Below are positions 30,798-41,761 of a stretch of DNA of 44,977 bases, piece by piece (within the stretch, counting starts at the first letter, position 1; each line of letters begins with the position of its first letter). The notes under the pieces were generated by a model that was not told where the DNA came from, did not search any database, and saw only the letters and a list, made by a program, of their open reading frames with translations. The DNA is from a virus. The stretch lies in IMG/VR virus record IMGVR_UViG_3300020047_005892; one strand, given 5' to 3'. The position numbers were made by a program, and so were the translations under genes.

Positions 30798-33325
30798 ACA
30801 CGGAGAAGCAAGCATCGTTTGCTGCGGGTGAGATAGCCCCATCTCTTTACGCCCGGTCCGATTTGGCTCGGTACACTACGGGACTTAAGACGTGCCGTAA
30901 CTTTATGACGATGCGTCAAGGCGGAGTGCAAAATCGTCCGGGGACAAGCTACGTATGCGAAGTGAAGGACTCGTCAAAAACTGTCCGTCTAATCGACTGG
31001 ATATTTAATTCTGAGCAGGCTTATGTTCTTGAGTTCGGGGACTTGTACATGCGCATCATCAAGGACGGTGCACCTCTTGAAGTTTCTGCGGTTACGGCAT
31101 GGAGCAACGTAACGGCTTATGTTGTAGGCGATCTTGCGTCCAGGCTTGGAGTAAATTACTACTGCATCTTGGCGCACACGAATCAACAGCCTCCGAATGC
31201 AACTTATTGGTATCCGTTGACTGGCGATATTTTCGAGATCCCGACTCCGTATGTTGAAGCGGATTTGCCGAAATTGAACTACGCGCAATCCGCTGATGTG
31301 ATGACAATAGTCCAGAAGAATTATGCTCCGAGAGAACTTTCGCGTCTTGCGGAGACGAACTGGACGCTTACAACTATCACATTCGGGCCATCAATAGATG
31401 CGCCTGCTAATTTTACAAGGACTGGCGGAACTGCTGGATTTGCAAAAGAATCATGGTGGGTAACATCCGTCAATTTGGCTGGAGAGGAAAGTCTATCTTC
31501 CAAGGTAACAAGTAACACGCGGGCATCTGCCGGTGCTGGAATAATTTCACTCGACTGGGATGCTGATTCGGACGCCGTGGAATATCGCCTCTACAAAAAA
31601 ATAAATCCTTCTGATGGGCTTGGTGGATACGACGCTGGGTATGACGCGAGCGATTTGGTAACAGGTCTTATTGCTACGCTTACTGCAAATAGTTATGAGG
31701 ACGACGGGACTCCTGTTCCGGATCCAACATTCTTGCCTACTAACACTACCGCGAGAAATCCTTTTTCAGCTTCCGGCGATTATCCTGGGGCTGTTATTTA
31801 TTCTCAGCAACGTAGAATTTTCGCAAGCAGCACAAACAACCCGGAGCGCGAATGGTGCTCATACATCGGTTCTTTTGCGAACTTTGAAAATTATCAAAAC
31901 ATACCAGACGCAAATGCGATTCAGTTTGACCTTGTTGGGCGTCAAGTAAACGAGATCCGGCATCTTATCGAAGCCCGTCAGCTGCTTTCTCTCACGATAG
32001 GAAGTGAATGGGCAATCAATGGTAACGATGCGGGCGGTTTAACTCCGTCGACAATCAATGCAAAACAGCAAACATTCAATGGATCAAGTTCAGTTCGTCC
32101 AATCAACGCAAACAATCAGATCCTTCATATTCAGGCGCGAGGGTCAATCGTTCGCTTACTTGGATTTGATCTTCGCGGCGACGGATACGAAGGGTCCGAT
32201 ATGACTATTCTATCTGCGCATCTTTTTGACAAATACACGTTGTCCGATTGGGCTTATCAGCAAATTCCACATTCCATCGTTTGGGCCGTGCGCAGCGATG
32301 GGATGTTGCTTGGGTTGACATACATAAAAGAGCAAGAAATGATCGCATGGCATCGACATGATTTCTCTGGCGGAACAGTTGAGAATGTTTGTGTCATACC
32401 AGAAGGCAACGAGGATGCTGTTTATCTTTGCATTAAACGAACGATTGACGGTAGCACGAAGCGTTATATCGAACGGATGAACACTCGCCAGATATCGGAT
32501 ATTGTTGATGCAATATTCATGGATTCTGCCCTGAGTTACGATGGACGAAACACTACAGCTACGACGATGACGATTAGCGGCGGAACCAGTTGGAATCAAA
32601 CGGAAACGCAAACCTTGACTTCAAGCGCATCTTTCTTCGTTGCTGGTGATGTTGGAAATTCAATTTTCATGACCGATTCAGATGGCGAGCAGCTTCGTCT
32701 TTCCATTGAAGGGTACACGAGCGCAACCGTCGTAACTGTCCGACCGCATAAAACCATCCCAACCGAGCTCAGGAATGTCGCGACGGCTGTTTGGTCAAAG
32801 GCTGTCGATGAGCTATCTGGCCTTGAGCATTTAGAGGGGGAAACAGTTTCTGTCATTGGAGATGGGTTTGTGATTGCCAGCCCTAACAATGAGGCGTACT
32901 CGGAAATCGTAGTCTCCTCCGGGGCAATAACATTGCCAACTCCGCGCGCGGTAATTCACGTAGGGTTGCCAATAACTTCGGATCTGAAAACTCTTGACAT
33001 CGATACGCCTTCCGGGGAAACTCTTTCCGATAAGAAAAAGTTAATCACGGCAGTGTCAATGTTCGTAGAATCAAGTCGTGGTATTTGGGTCGGTAACGAT
33101 GCTCCGTCTGACGATACGGTTGATCCGCTAGAAGATTTGGAAGAAATTCAATTACGAGATCAGGAATCTTACGATGAACCGACTGAGCTCAAAACAGAGG
33201 TGGTTGAGGTGAATATAAAAGGTGACTGGACCAAGACCGGGAGCATTTTTGTCCGCCAAGTTGATCCGCTCCCGCTGACTATTCTTTCTGTTGTTCCAAC
33301 GGGCATGATCCCGAAGGCAGGCTAA
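30794..33325 (+). CDS. Tail tubular protein B-like (nozzle, T7 gp12-like)
   Basis: 843 aa. The N-terminus SFAAGEIAPSLYARSDLARYTTGLKTCRNFMTMRQGGVQNRPGT is typical of podovirus nozzle proteins. Confidence 0.65.
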   Translation: MNTEKQASFAAGEIAPSLYARSDLARYTTGLKTCRNFMTMRQGGVQNRPGTSYVCEVKDSSKTVRLIDWIFNSEQAYVLEFGDLYMRIIKDGAPLEVSAVTAWSNVTAYVVGDLASRLGVNYYCILAHTNQQPPNATYWYPLTGDIFEIPTPYVEADLPKLNYAQSADVMTIVQKNYAPRELSRLAETNWTLTTITFGPSIDAPANFTRTGGTAGFAKESWWVTSVNLAGEESLSSKVTSNTRASAGAGIISLDWDADSDAVEYRLYKKINPSDGLGGYDAGYDASDLVTGLIATLTANSYEDDGTPVPDPTFLPTNTTARNPFSASGDYPGAVIYSQQRRIFASSTNNPEREWCSYIGSFANFENYQNIPDANAIQFDLVGRQVNEIRHLIEARQLLSLTIGSEWAINGNDAGGLTPSTINAKQQTFNGSSSVRPINANNQILHIQARGSIVRLLGFDLRGDGYEGSDMTILSAHLFDKYTLSDWAYQQIPHSIVWAVRSDGMLLGLTYIKEQEMIAWHRHDFSGGTVENVCVIPEGNEDAVYLCIKRTIDGSTKRYIERMNTRQISDIVDAIFMDSALSYDGRNTTATTMTISGGTSWNQTETQTLTSSASFFVAGDVGNSIFMTDSDGEQLRLSIEGYTSATVVTVRPHKTIPTELRNVATAVWSKAVDELSGLEHLEGETVSVIGDGFVIASPNNEAYSEIVVSSGAITLPTPRAVIHVGLPITSDLKTLDIDTPSGETLSDKKKLITAVSMFVESSRGIWVGNDAPSDDTVDPLEDLEEIQLRDQESYDEPTELKTEVVEVNIKGDWTKTGSIFVRQVDPLPLTILSVVPTGMIPKAG

Positions 33326-33326
33326 C

Positions 33327-33899
33327 GTGTCAGCTGCGGCGGTTCCACTCTCTATCGCGAGCGCGGGTATTGGAATGTACCAGTCCTACCAGGATGCTCA
33401 GGCGGCAAAAGCGCGCGGGAAGTATGAACAGCAGGTTTCGGAATCGAATGCGCGTATGGCTGAATTTAATGCTGAAGACGCACTCACTCGTGGTCGCAAA
33501 GAATCTAACCAGCAAAGGTTGAAAGGGCGCAACGTCCAAGGTGCTCAACGTGCCGCTTTTGCTGGTCAAGGGGTAGATGTTAATACGGGGACGGCGGCAA
33601 GTATTCAAAACGAAACTGCCACACTGAGCGAACTGGATGCGCAAACCATCGCAAATAATGCCTGGAAGGAAGCGTGGGGATATCGAACGCAGGCTTCGGA
33701 TTATCGGTTTGAAGGCAGGATGAAACGGCTGGCATCAAAAAATGAAGCCAGGAACACGTTGCTCTCCGGTGGGTTGAATTTTGCCAGTTCTCTCGGGCAG
33801 GCAGCTTATAAGTATTCAGATCGTGGTGCTGCTCCTAAATACACTCCAAAGAATCCCACGGAAGAAAGATTTGCTACTTCGTACGGGTGGAGAAAATAA
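33327..33899 (+). CDS. Internal virion protein (gp14-like position)
   Basis: 190 aa, Ala/Gln-rich. The call rests on synteny with the T7-like ejection-protein trio. Confidence 0.5.
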   Translation: MSAAAVPLSIASAGIGMYQSYQDAQAAKARGKYEQQVSESNARMAEFNAEDALTRGRKESNQQRLKGRNVQGAQRAAFAGQGVDVNTGTAASIQNETATLSELDAQTIANNAWKEAWGYRTQASDYRFEGRMKRLASKNEARNTLLSGGLNFASSLGQAAYKYSDRGAAPKYTPKNPTEERFATSYGWRK

Positions 33900-35395
33900 T
33901 GCCGCAGGTTCCAAGGTACAATCAACCACAAGTTGAAGAACGCGCCGCGCCGTCCATCCGTTTAAATGACAATGCGCCTGCTGGTATTTTCGGTGGCGGT
34001 CCTGGTACAGCTGACGTAACAAGGGCTGCGCAGGGATTGCTGAAGACCGGCATCGACATCTACGACGCTGAGAAACAAAAGGCCGACGAGATCGCTGCTC
34101 AAGATATTGACCTGGCTGCTGCGGCAGAAGAGTCTCGCCTAGAGAACGAAGCTAAGAACATGCGTGGAATCAATGCGCTAGGCGCTACTGATTTCGTGAC
34201 AGCCAAATGGTCGGATGCTGCTGAAAACATAAAGAAGATGGCCCGCAACGATGTTCAGCGTGCCGTTGCTGATAAAGTTATCAAGGCCCGATTTGGACGC
34301 TTGAGCCAATCCGTTAACTCGCACATGTCTTCCGAGGTAAATAAGTACGACGACTCTCAGTATGAGAATGCCAAGAAAGTTTATCGCGAGGACGCATCGC
34401 TTCATTATGCAGACCCGGAGCGCGTGGCACAGTCAATGATTGATCAAGACATGGCAACTGACGCATACGCGCGCCGACGTGGGATACCCAAAGAGCAGGC
34501 GGACGCGATTAAGTTTGATGATCGAAGCGCCACCCATGTCGGTGTTTTGCAGCGAATGATTTTCGACGCGAAGGATGACGCCGCGATGGCTATCCCGCGG
34601 GCTTATGAAGAAGCGCACAAGAAGGAAATGACGGCGGACGATCTTGGTCTGGTTGCGCGTGCAAAGCAACAGGGGGAACAGAACATGGCGGCACGTCGTC
34701 AAGAATTAACGCGTGGAGCCTATCTTCTCGTTTCAAATGCTTTACGTGATGGAATTCCGCGCGAAGACATTACCAGGTCGATAAACAAATTCTTTGAAAA
34801 TAATAAAGAAGTACCACTTGAACTTCGGAATACGCTGGTAAAGTTTGCTATGGATGAATTCGATGGACCAGAGATTCCTTGGACTCAGAAAAGAGATGCC
34901 ACTCTTAGTTTTATAGATAGATTTCGTGCGCTCCAGGGCGTTGAATTTGACGGGAACGGTAAGTTGATTTCTGGGCCGAAAGGGAATAGCCAGGAGGTCC
35001 GAGACAAGTTCATGGCCGACCTCGTGAAAGAGTCTCCGAAGCTGGATCGCGAGTTCGCTGGAGACATGTACGAATGGATTAAAAAAGATCCCGGTGCAGA
35101 GCCTAAGAATCAATTCTTGGGCCGTTTGCTTGACACGCTTAATTCGCTCCCTAATATAAGCCCGGCGCTGGTTGTAAATATTGCAACGCGTGGGTTTAAG
35201 ATAATGGACCCGAAAGTAACCATTCAGCAGGCAAATGAGGTGACGCAGAAGTTGCAGCAGGAAGCCACTATAGCCGGGAATCCCGAGATAACACGTTTCC
35301 CAGTCGGCTATCGTAAAAAGACAAAAAACGGAAAATATCTTGAAGTGACTGGGCACGATGACAACGGGAATGCCACTTGGAACTGGGCCAAGTAA
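33899..35395 (+). CDS. Internal virion protein (gp15-like position)
   Basis: 498 aa. The start MPQVPRYNQPQ sits at a TAATG overlap. Confidence 0.5.
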   Translation: MPQVPRYNQPQVEERAAPSIRLNDNAPAGIFGGGPGTADVTRAAQGLLKTGIDIYDAEKQKADEIAAQDIDLAAAAEESRLENEAKNMRGINALGATDFVTAKWSDAAENIKKMARNDVQRAVADKVIKARFGRLSQSVNSHMSSEVNKYDDSQYENAKKVYREDASLHYADPERVAQSMIDQDMATDAYARRRGIPKEQADAIKFDDRSATHVGVLQRMIFDAKDDAAMAIPRAYEEAHKKEMTADDLGLVARAKQQGEQNMAARRQELTRGAYLLVSNALRDGIPREDITRSINKFFENNKEVPLELRNTLVKFAMDEFDGPEIPWTQKRDATLSFIDRFRALQGVEFDGNGKLISGPKGNSQEVRDKFMADLVKESPKLDREFAGDMYEWIKKDPGAEPKNQFLGRLLDTLNSLPNISPALVVNIATRGFKIMDPKVTIQQANEVTQKLQQEATIAGNPEITRFPVGYRKKTKNGKYLEVTGHDDNGNATWNWAK

Positions 35396-38300
35396 TGGCT
35401 TTTACCACAGAACAGGCGATGCTGTTGGTGGAAGACAACGACCATTCTGTTGAAGAAGAGTCACCACCGCAGCAATTTACGACGGATCAAGTCCTTGCGA
35501 TGGCAGATGACGCGCCATCTCCTGAATCCGACGATGGGTTCTTTACAAAATCGTACCGCTCGTTTGTTTCTGGGTTGAATTCTGCTGAAGCGATGGCCGC
35601 GCGTGTGCCTGCTCTTGCCTATTCTGCTGCTGCTGCTCCCCAAAACATCGTTGCCCGCGTTACCGGATGGAATGTAGGGACTCAAGCGCCTGCGTGGTTA
35701 TTGGATAACCCGATCACGAAGCATTTTGAAGATGGTGCAAAAGCATACGATTACGTCGGGACCAAGTACGCCGGGAAAACATTGACGTCGTTGCTTGGCG
35801 AAAAAGATTGGGATGGTGCAGCAGATCTTATTGTTCAGTCGGCAATTCAAAGCGCTCCGACTACTCTGGCGATGATTGGTGCGAATATCGCAGGCGTATC
35901 GGTTCCAGCTGTCGCTGCTGCTGGCGGCGCATTGCAAGGCGCACAGACCTACAAAGAGGCCAGGGATAAGAACCTTGGCGAACTGGAGGCTGTTACGGCA
36001 AGCGTTCTGAACGGTTCCGCTGAAGCTGTTTTGGAGCGCGCCAGTTTCGGGTTAATGGGTTGGGCCGAAGGGATATTTAAAGATTTCGGGAAAAGAACGG
36101 GGATGGCGGTCATAAAGAATGGATTGAAGGCCGGATTCGGATCAGTGTTTGGAGAAGGCGGAACCGAATCTATTACGCAGATGACGCAGGATCTTACCAA
36201 CAAGGTTTATGGCGTTGAGGATATTCCCTGGAATCAGTTTATACCGCGTGCAATCCAAGCAGGTGCAATCGGAGCTGTGAGTGGGGCGGCAATGACGCTT
36301 CCCGTAAGCGCTTACAAGGGCCTGCGAAGTGCAGATCCCGCGCAGGTTGACGACGCGCGCTCGCAAAAGATCGTGGCTGATATGGATGCTTACGTTGCGC
36401 AGAAACAGGCTCCGGTGCCAAGTGCCCCGGAAGACTCGACTGGAGTCCGTATATCACAAACGCCTGGAGCAGACACCATCATAAATAATACTCCTGTGCT
36501 TGTCCCAGGTCGGATAGCGATTAATACGTCTTCGGTCGAGAATCCTATCGCTCCAGCATCAGTTTCTCCCGAAGTTCCGTTTAGTCTTAAGCCCGACGTG
36601 GCTGCGTTGCAGGAAGGCAGGAAGGTTGAGGCTGTTCAGGAAGAGGCTCCACCGGCAGCTGAAATCATTGATGGCCCTCAAATGGAAGAACTGACGCGCA
36701 ATACCATCAGCGAATTTAGGATGGGAGAGGAAGACGCGAAAGGTCTCGACATGGAGAACTTGATTGTCGAAGGCAAGCCGCGCAAAGAGATTTATGATCG
36801 GGCAAAGTACCTCCGAGATCGAGACATGGTTCAGTACGAAGCAAAGCAGCGTGAAGCTGCTGACGCATTGGAGAAAATTGGGAGATTCTACCTTGATCCG
36901 AAAAGTGGAATTACCGAAGAAACGAAAGCAATCCCGAAACAATTCCTTCGTGGTAAATATCTTGAAAAAGGTGGGGCTCGTTCGTCTACTTTTGATGAGG
37001 TAGCTGAACGCATCAAGAATGATCCGCAGATTAACCAGGGTCGTCTCGACCCGGAATCAAGCACGTCCGACGTTATAAAATTTCTATCTGAATTTTCTGA
37101 AGGTAAGAAGCCGCGTATTAACGAGTACTTGCCAGATGCTAAGCGCCAAGTTGTCGAAGAGATGCAAGGCGAGATGTTCACGCGCGTGCAGCCTGGTATA
37201 AAGGCAGAAATCCGTAAGAATACGGGGCAGGTGCGTCCTTCTGAAACACCTACGATCACCGAGCGACAGGCATTGGCAGGATCGCTTCTAGCACAGGCCA
37301 GGGCTGCTTCAATGGCCGAGAAGTCAACTAAAACTGAACTGCGCAAAATAAAGTCAACGATCCTAGACGTTATTTCCAATTTGCCGGTTGCCGAGCGTGG
37401 ACGTTTCGGCCCTATGCTGGTTTCTGCGGAGAATGCGCGTGATGTATCCAAGGCCACTGTCCGCGTGTACAACCATCTTAACGAAACGATCCGGCGCGCT
37501 ATGGCAAAAGAGATTTCCACTATTGCCAACCGGGCGATTAATTCTGACGCCATAGATGTTCAGTACCGCGAACGCATCAAGGGCGTAATTGACGGCATTC
37601 AATTCAAATCGAAGCGCGCGGACACATTGGAATCTTTAAACAAAACACAGCAATTTATTGACAAAGAAAAAGCTGCCGGTCGGAATCCAGTATTGCCGCA
37701 ACGCTTAATGGAAGAACTGAAGGTTTTGCAGAGAAAGTCTATTGAAGAATTGAACATGCGCGAGATGGCAAACATGCTTGGGAAGATCGAACTGTTGGAA
37801 AATCTTGGGCGCCAGAGGGTTATCAACAGAAAGATCGCGTACGAGCAGGAAAAGGGGAAGATTCTGGCAGAGCTAGTGGCTGGAACGTCTGCTCTCCAAA
37901 CAAAAGATTTGTTCGAGGCCAAACCTGGTGAAAGCCTTTCGTCTTCCGAAAAACTGAAGAACTATGTTACGAAAGCACAAAATGCAGCATTGCGGTTGGA
38001 CATGATTCTATCCCCGACGCATATCCCTTTCGATGTCTTGGATGGTATTGCTGGGTATCAAGGGGTAAACAGTCGTCTTATTTATCAAACTCTTAACACG
38101 AAATTTGGGAATTACCTAGAAACAACACATGAGTGGCAAGCGCCGGTTCAAGAGTTAGCGGATAAGCTTAAGTTGAGTGAAAAAAACTTCGAGAGAATCG
38201 CTATCCATGCTTACCGGGCACAGGAAGATGGCATAAATTATCTTGAAAACGAAGGTCTGAGCAAGGATGAAATCGAATCGATCGTTCTTACGAAAGACGA

Positions 38301-39870
38301 GTTGCAACTTTACGACAAGATGCGAGAGTACATAGAAAAACCGTACCAGCAGGCACTCAATCAGTTGCGCGACCTTTATAATAAGAACATGGGGAAGATC
38401 GAAAATTACTTCCCAGTACAGGTTGACTTCGACAAGGCATCCGATGTTGAAATATCTCAGCGCATCGGAGACATGCTAGACGAAGGATCGTTCCGACGAC
38501 GAACGAAGACTGTCGAGCAGGGGTCCACAAAAGAACGCGTCGGGACAAAGAAGAGAATAAAATTCGACGCGATGGAAGTTTTTACTAAGCATATGGACGA
38601 CATGGCTTATTTTGTCGAAATGCAGCGAGACATAAAGATCCTGGCTGAAATTGTCGCATCTCCGAAATATCGTGCGGCTGCTGGTGATGCTGGTTCGAAA
38701 TGGGTAATGAAGTTCATGGATTTAATGGCGAGAAAGGGCGGCGGCGACGGATATCGAAAGGTCCCCGCCTTGGATGTTTTGCGCAAGAATTTCGGTGCTT
38801 CGATGCTTGGATTTAAGCTGTCATCAATCATGATACAGCCTACCGCGTTATTTGACGGCGCAGCGCAAGTTGGCGGCGGTTATGTTTCGCAAGGGATGCA
38901 ACGCGTTATTGTAGACCAACGCTGGAGAGAATTCCTAAAGGGTGTCCCCGAACTTAAAGCGCGTGGCGCGGACGATGCCGCCTATCTCGATCTTGCTGAA
39001 AACAAGTTGCTTCGCGGATATCAAAACGCTGGATTCAGTGCGCTAAAGAAAGCCGATATTTTGACTGCCTCCGCAGTTGTGGCTGGGGCGTACCAGAAAT
39101 CTTTGGATCAGCGCGGTATAGAAATGGATTTCTCTGTTGTTGACAAGCAGGCAATGGAAGATGCTACGGCTGTTCTTCGTAGAACACAAAGTTCCCCGTT
39201 CTTTAAAGATTCCCCGCAGGCACTATCTGGAGAGTTCAGCGGCAATAAGTCTCTCGACAAGGCTATTTTCCAGTTTAAATCGTTCATGCTCTCTCGCTGG
39301 GGCCAGATACGCCATGATATGTGGCGTGCTGGGTTCAAAGAAGGAAACAATCAGCGCGGATCAGAAATAGCATTCTGGTTGGCTATGTCCACCGTGGCGG
39401 AAACAGGTTTGCGCCTGGGAAGCAAGGCTATTGTAGCCGGGGCGATTGGCCTGGCGATTGGCGGCGCGGACGATGCTTTGGATGCAATGGCCGAGGAATG
39501 GGATAAGGAGAAAGAGCGTTGGAGTTCTTTAACGAATGTCCTACTTGAACCATTAAGCAACATCCCATTTGTTGGAGATCTTATTAGTATCGGACGCTAT
39601 GACGGGATACCGATACCAACGCTTCGACCATTTGTTGATTTCCCGGCTGGTGTCAAACAGGCAGTGGGTGGAGAGGATGCCAGTTCTCGGATGCGTGGTG
39701 CTGCCAAGGCCATTGGATCGGTCGCGGCATCGTTTGGTGTGCCAGGCACTTACCAGATTGAGCAGCTTATCAGGAAGGCTTTACAATCGAAATCGAGCAA
39801 GGCCGCTGCTTCAAACAAGTTGTCGCTCGGCGGCCGTGGAAGCCTAGGCAATAAGTTATCTTTAGAGTAG
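35395..39870 (+). CDS. Large internal virion/DNA-ejection protein (gp16-like position)
   Basis: 1491 aa from ATG 35395 (TAATG overlap). The call rests on size and synteny. Confidence 0.6.
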   Translation: MAFTTEQAMLLVEDNDHSVEEESPPQQFTTDQVLAMADDAPSPESDDGFFTKSYRSFVSGLNSAEAMAARVPALAYSAAAAPQNIVARVTGWNVGTQAPAWLLDNPITKHFEDGAKAYDYVGTKYAGKTLTSLLGEKDWDGAADLIVQSAIQSAPTTLAMIGANIAGVSVPAVAAAGGALQGAQTYKEARDKNLGELEAVTASVLNGSAEAVLERASFGLMGWAEGIFKDFGKRTGMAVIKNGLKAGFGSVFGEGGTESITQMTQDLTNKVYGVEDIPWNQFIPRAIQAGAIGAVSGAAMTLPVSAYKGLRSADPAQVDDARSQKIVADMDAYVAQKQAPVPSAPEDSTGVRISQTPGADTIINNTPVLVPGRIAINTSSVENPIAPASVSPEVPFSLKPDVAALQEGRKVEAVQEEAPPAAEIIDGPQMEELTRNTISEFRMGEEDAKGLDMENLIVEGKPRKEIYDRAKYLRDRDMVQYEAKQREAADALEKIGRFYLDPKSGITEETKAIPKQFLRGKYLEKGGARSSTFDEVAERIKNDPQINQGRLDPESSTSDVIKFLSEFSEGKKPRINEYLPDAKRQVVEEMQGEMFTRVQPGIKAEIRKNTGQVRPSETPTITERQALAGSLLAQARAASMAEKSTKTELRKIKSTILDVISNLPVAERGRFGPMLVSAENARDVSKATVRVYNHLNETIRRAMAKEISTIANRAINSDAIDVQYRERIKGVIDGIQFKSKRADTLESLNKTQQFIDKEKAAGRNPVLPQRLMEELKVLQRKSIEELNMREMANMLGKIELLENLGRQRVINRKIAYEQEKGKILAELVAGTSALQTKDLFEAKPGESLSSSEKLKNYVTKAQNAALRLDMILSPTHIPFDVLDGIAGYQGVNSRLIYQTLNTKFGNYLETTHEWQAPVQELADKLKLSEKNFERIAIHAYRAQEDGINYLENEGLSKDEIESIVLTKDELQLYDKMREYIEKPYQQALNQLRDLYNKNMGKIENYFPVQVDFDKASDVEISQRIGDMLDEGSFRRRTKTVEQGSTKERVGTKKRIKFDAMEVFTKHMDDMAYFVEMQRDIKILAEIVASPKYRAAAGDAGSKWVMKFMDLMARKGGGDGYRKVPALDVLRKNFGASMLGFKLSSIMIQPTALFDGAAQVGGGYVSQGMQRVIVDQRWREFLKGVPELKARGADDAAYLDLAENKLLRGYQNAGFSALKKADILTASAVVAGAYQKSLDQRGIEMDFSVVDKQAMEDATAVLRRTQSSPFFKDSPQALSGEFSGNKSLDKAIFQFKSFMLSRWGQIRHDMWRAGFKEGNNQRGSEIAFWLAMSTVAETGLRLGSKAIVAGAIGLAIGGADDALDAMAEEWDKEKERWSSLTNVLLEPLSNIPFVGDLISIGRYDGIPIPTLRPFVDFPAGVKQAVGGEDASSRMRGAAKAIGSVAASFGVPGTYQIEQLIRKALQSKSSKAAASNKLSLGGRGSLGNKLSLE

Positions 39871-39881
39871 GATGGTGAGAC

Positions 39882-40574
39882 ATGTCGATCAGTTCTGAAA
39901 CAGATAGAAACGACTACGTTGGAAATGGGAGCGTCTCCACATATTCCTACAGCTTCAGGATTTTTTCTTCTTCTCATCTCCTGGTGACAACGCTCACTTC
40001 TGCCGGTGTCGAATCAACGCTGGTCCTTAATACAGATTACACGGTAACGGGTGTAGGTAATTCGTCCGGGACGATTGTACTTACGACGGCGCTTGCGAGC
40101 GGAACTGATTTGACGATTCGGCGTGTGCTTCCGATAACGCAGACAACCGATTTCAGAAATCAGGGCTCGTTCTTCCCGGAGTCGCACGAAGACGCGCTGG
40201 ACCGTGGCATTATGATCGCGCAGCAGCAGCAAGATGAGATTGATCGCTCTCTTAAGGTTCCGGAAACGGAAGACTCTATTGGAGCACTACCGAGTCTTGC
40301 TGACAGGGCTGGCATGTTCTTGGCGTTTGACACAGATGGGGATCCTGTCGCCGGTGCTGGGACTACCCCATCATCCGTAACCGTGTCGGCGTTTGCTGAA
40401 ACATTGCTCGATGACATTTCCGCTGCGGCGGCACAAGCAACTTTGTTGTTGGGCTCGGAGAACATTACTTTCGTCGTTGGAAAGGGCCCGATCTGTACGA
40501 CCCCGGACGGACTTCACACCTGGATGCTTGGCGTGGACAACGACGGGAATCCGACTTCTACGCAGGTGAGCTAA
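39882..40574 (+). CDS. Tail fibre/tailspike protein with a conserved podovirus N-terminal attachment domain
   Basis: 230 aa. RNDYVGNGSVSTYSYSFRIFSSSHLLV...TDYTVTG...LTIRRVLPITQTTDF...EDALDRGIMIAQQQQDEIDRSLKVP matches the common fibre N-domain pattern. Confidence 0.6.
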   Translation: MSISSETDRNDYVGNGSVSTYSYSFRIFSSSHLLVTTLTSAGVESTLVLNTDYTVTGVGNSSGTIVLTTALASGTDLTIRRVLPITQTTDFRNQGSFFPESHEDALDRGIMIAQQQQDEIDRSLKVPETEDSIGALPSLADRAGMFLAFDTDGDPVAGAGTTPSSVTVSAFAETLLDDISAAAAQATLLLGSENITFVVGKGPICTTPDGLHTWMLGVDNDGNPTSTQVS

Positions 40575-41303
40575 ATGAAAAAGATTCTATTCGCGATGGT
40601 GTTGCTCTCCGCAAGTTTGGCTTCTGCGGCTACGAAAACATCGGTGGTTATGTACGATGGGACTCTCCAGGCTGGTACTACGGGGATGCACGTTTCCAGC
40701 GGGACGATAAGGAATTTCAGGGCGTCAACTGTGACTGTAACTGGAGTCATTACGGCATCGAGTCTGACGGTAACAAATTTAAGCGTAACGAATTTGACCG
40801 CGCCGACTTTCATAGTATCAAGTTTCACGACTACCGATTTGCAGTCAACGAATCTCCGGACATCGACGCAAACATGGAAAGGTTTCGGAGTCCTTCCAAT
40901 TCTTCAAATCCAACAGTATACGACAAACACATCTTCGGTTATTGCCAACACGTCCTTCTCATTAACAACCTTAAGCGGATCGATTACACCGAAATTATCA
41001 ACCAGCAAAATTTTAGTTATTGCGAATGGGAATGTGGCTTGTAGTGGTTCGGGTGTTTGCTATGCAACTATTTACCGAGATTCAACAAATCTTTCTAGTG
41101 ACGGCGGTTTTGAAACGCATACGGCTGTGGCAAATAACCATACAACGATGACGTATTACGATAGTCCAGGAACGACTTCAGCAGTTACTTATTCCGCGCA
41201 GACACGAGTTAATTCCGGGAGCGCATCGGCCACGTTTCCCGGAACAGACGGTGGAATTTACACGACGACAGCAGTACTAATTTTAGCGGAGATCGCTCAA
41301 TGA
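40575..41303 (+). CDS. Signal-peptide Ser/Thr-rich protein; candidate distal fibre or receptor-binding protein
   Basis: 242 aa. The N-terminus is MKKILFAMVLLSASLASA-ATKT. It lies directly after the fibre gene. Confidence 0.6.
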   Translation: MKKILFAMVLLSASLASAATKTSVVMYDGTLQAGTTGMHVSSGTIRNFRASTVTVTGVITASSLTVTNLSVTNLTAPTFIVSSFTTTDLQSTNLRTSTQTWKGFGVLPILQIQQYTTNTSSVIANTSFSLTTLSGSITPKLSTSKILVIANGNVACSGSGVCYATIYRDSTNLSSDGGFETHTAVANNHTTMTYYDSPGTTSAVTYSAQTRVNSGSASATFPGTDGGIYTTTAVLILAEIAQ

Positions 41304-41761
41304 TCGACATAATCATACCTTCCCCAAGGCCAAACCTTATTCTGAATAGGTTCGAGTATTCCGACGAATCAACGACTGGGGAGTTGAACGTAGACAAGGG
41401 GATCTTCCAATGCAACAGTTTGGAAGACACGGTAAGACGGGTAAAGAAACCAGGAGAGACAGCAATACCCGCTGGCATCTATAAAGTCGTCTTAATTAAC
41501 AGCCCAAAGTTTGGTTTTGTCCCACACCTTTTGGATGTTCCTTATTTCACAGAAATTCTAATCCATAACGGGAATACGCCTGTCCACACAAAAGGTTGCA
41601 TCTTGGTAGGACAGTACAACAGAGAACAGAAGAACTGGATTGGAGAAAGCCGGGCAACCCTTAAATCATTAATGGAAGTATTAAAGCCCATGAACGAGAA
41701 AGAAGCGTTGTGGATTGAGATAATGGGCGGACTTACTAAAGAACAGATGGGGTTAAGCTAA
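41300..41761 (+). CDS. DUF5675-like protein; candidate cell-wall hydrolase/endolysin
   Basis: 153 aa. GELNVDKGIFQCNSLED...AIPAGIYKVVL...LLDVPYFTEILIHNGNTPVHTKGCILVG matches the DUF5675 pattern. It precedes membrane-protein genes. Confidence 0.5.
   Translation: MIDIIIPSPRPNLILNRFEYSDESTTGELNVDKGIFQCNSLEDTVRRVKKPGETAIPAGIYKVVLINSPKFGFVPHLLDVPYFTEILIHNGNTPVHTKGCILVGQYNREQKNWIGESRATLKSLMEVLKPMNEKEALWIEIMGGLTKEQMGLS

Noticed and set aside
36888-37553. 221-aa minus-strand ORF inside the 1491-aa internal virion protein gene, along with other short antisense ORFs between 35461 and 39977.
   Set aside because: They are embedded antisense in a long uninterrupted gene, with no independent support.
23121-41303. 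A diversity-generating retroelement, expected because the cement and capsid proteins look BPP-1-like.
   Set aside because: No reverse transcriptase ORF exists anywhere in the window. I saw no template/variable repeat pair near the 3' ends of the fibre-like genes.
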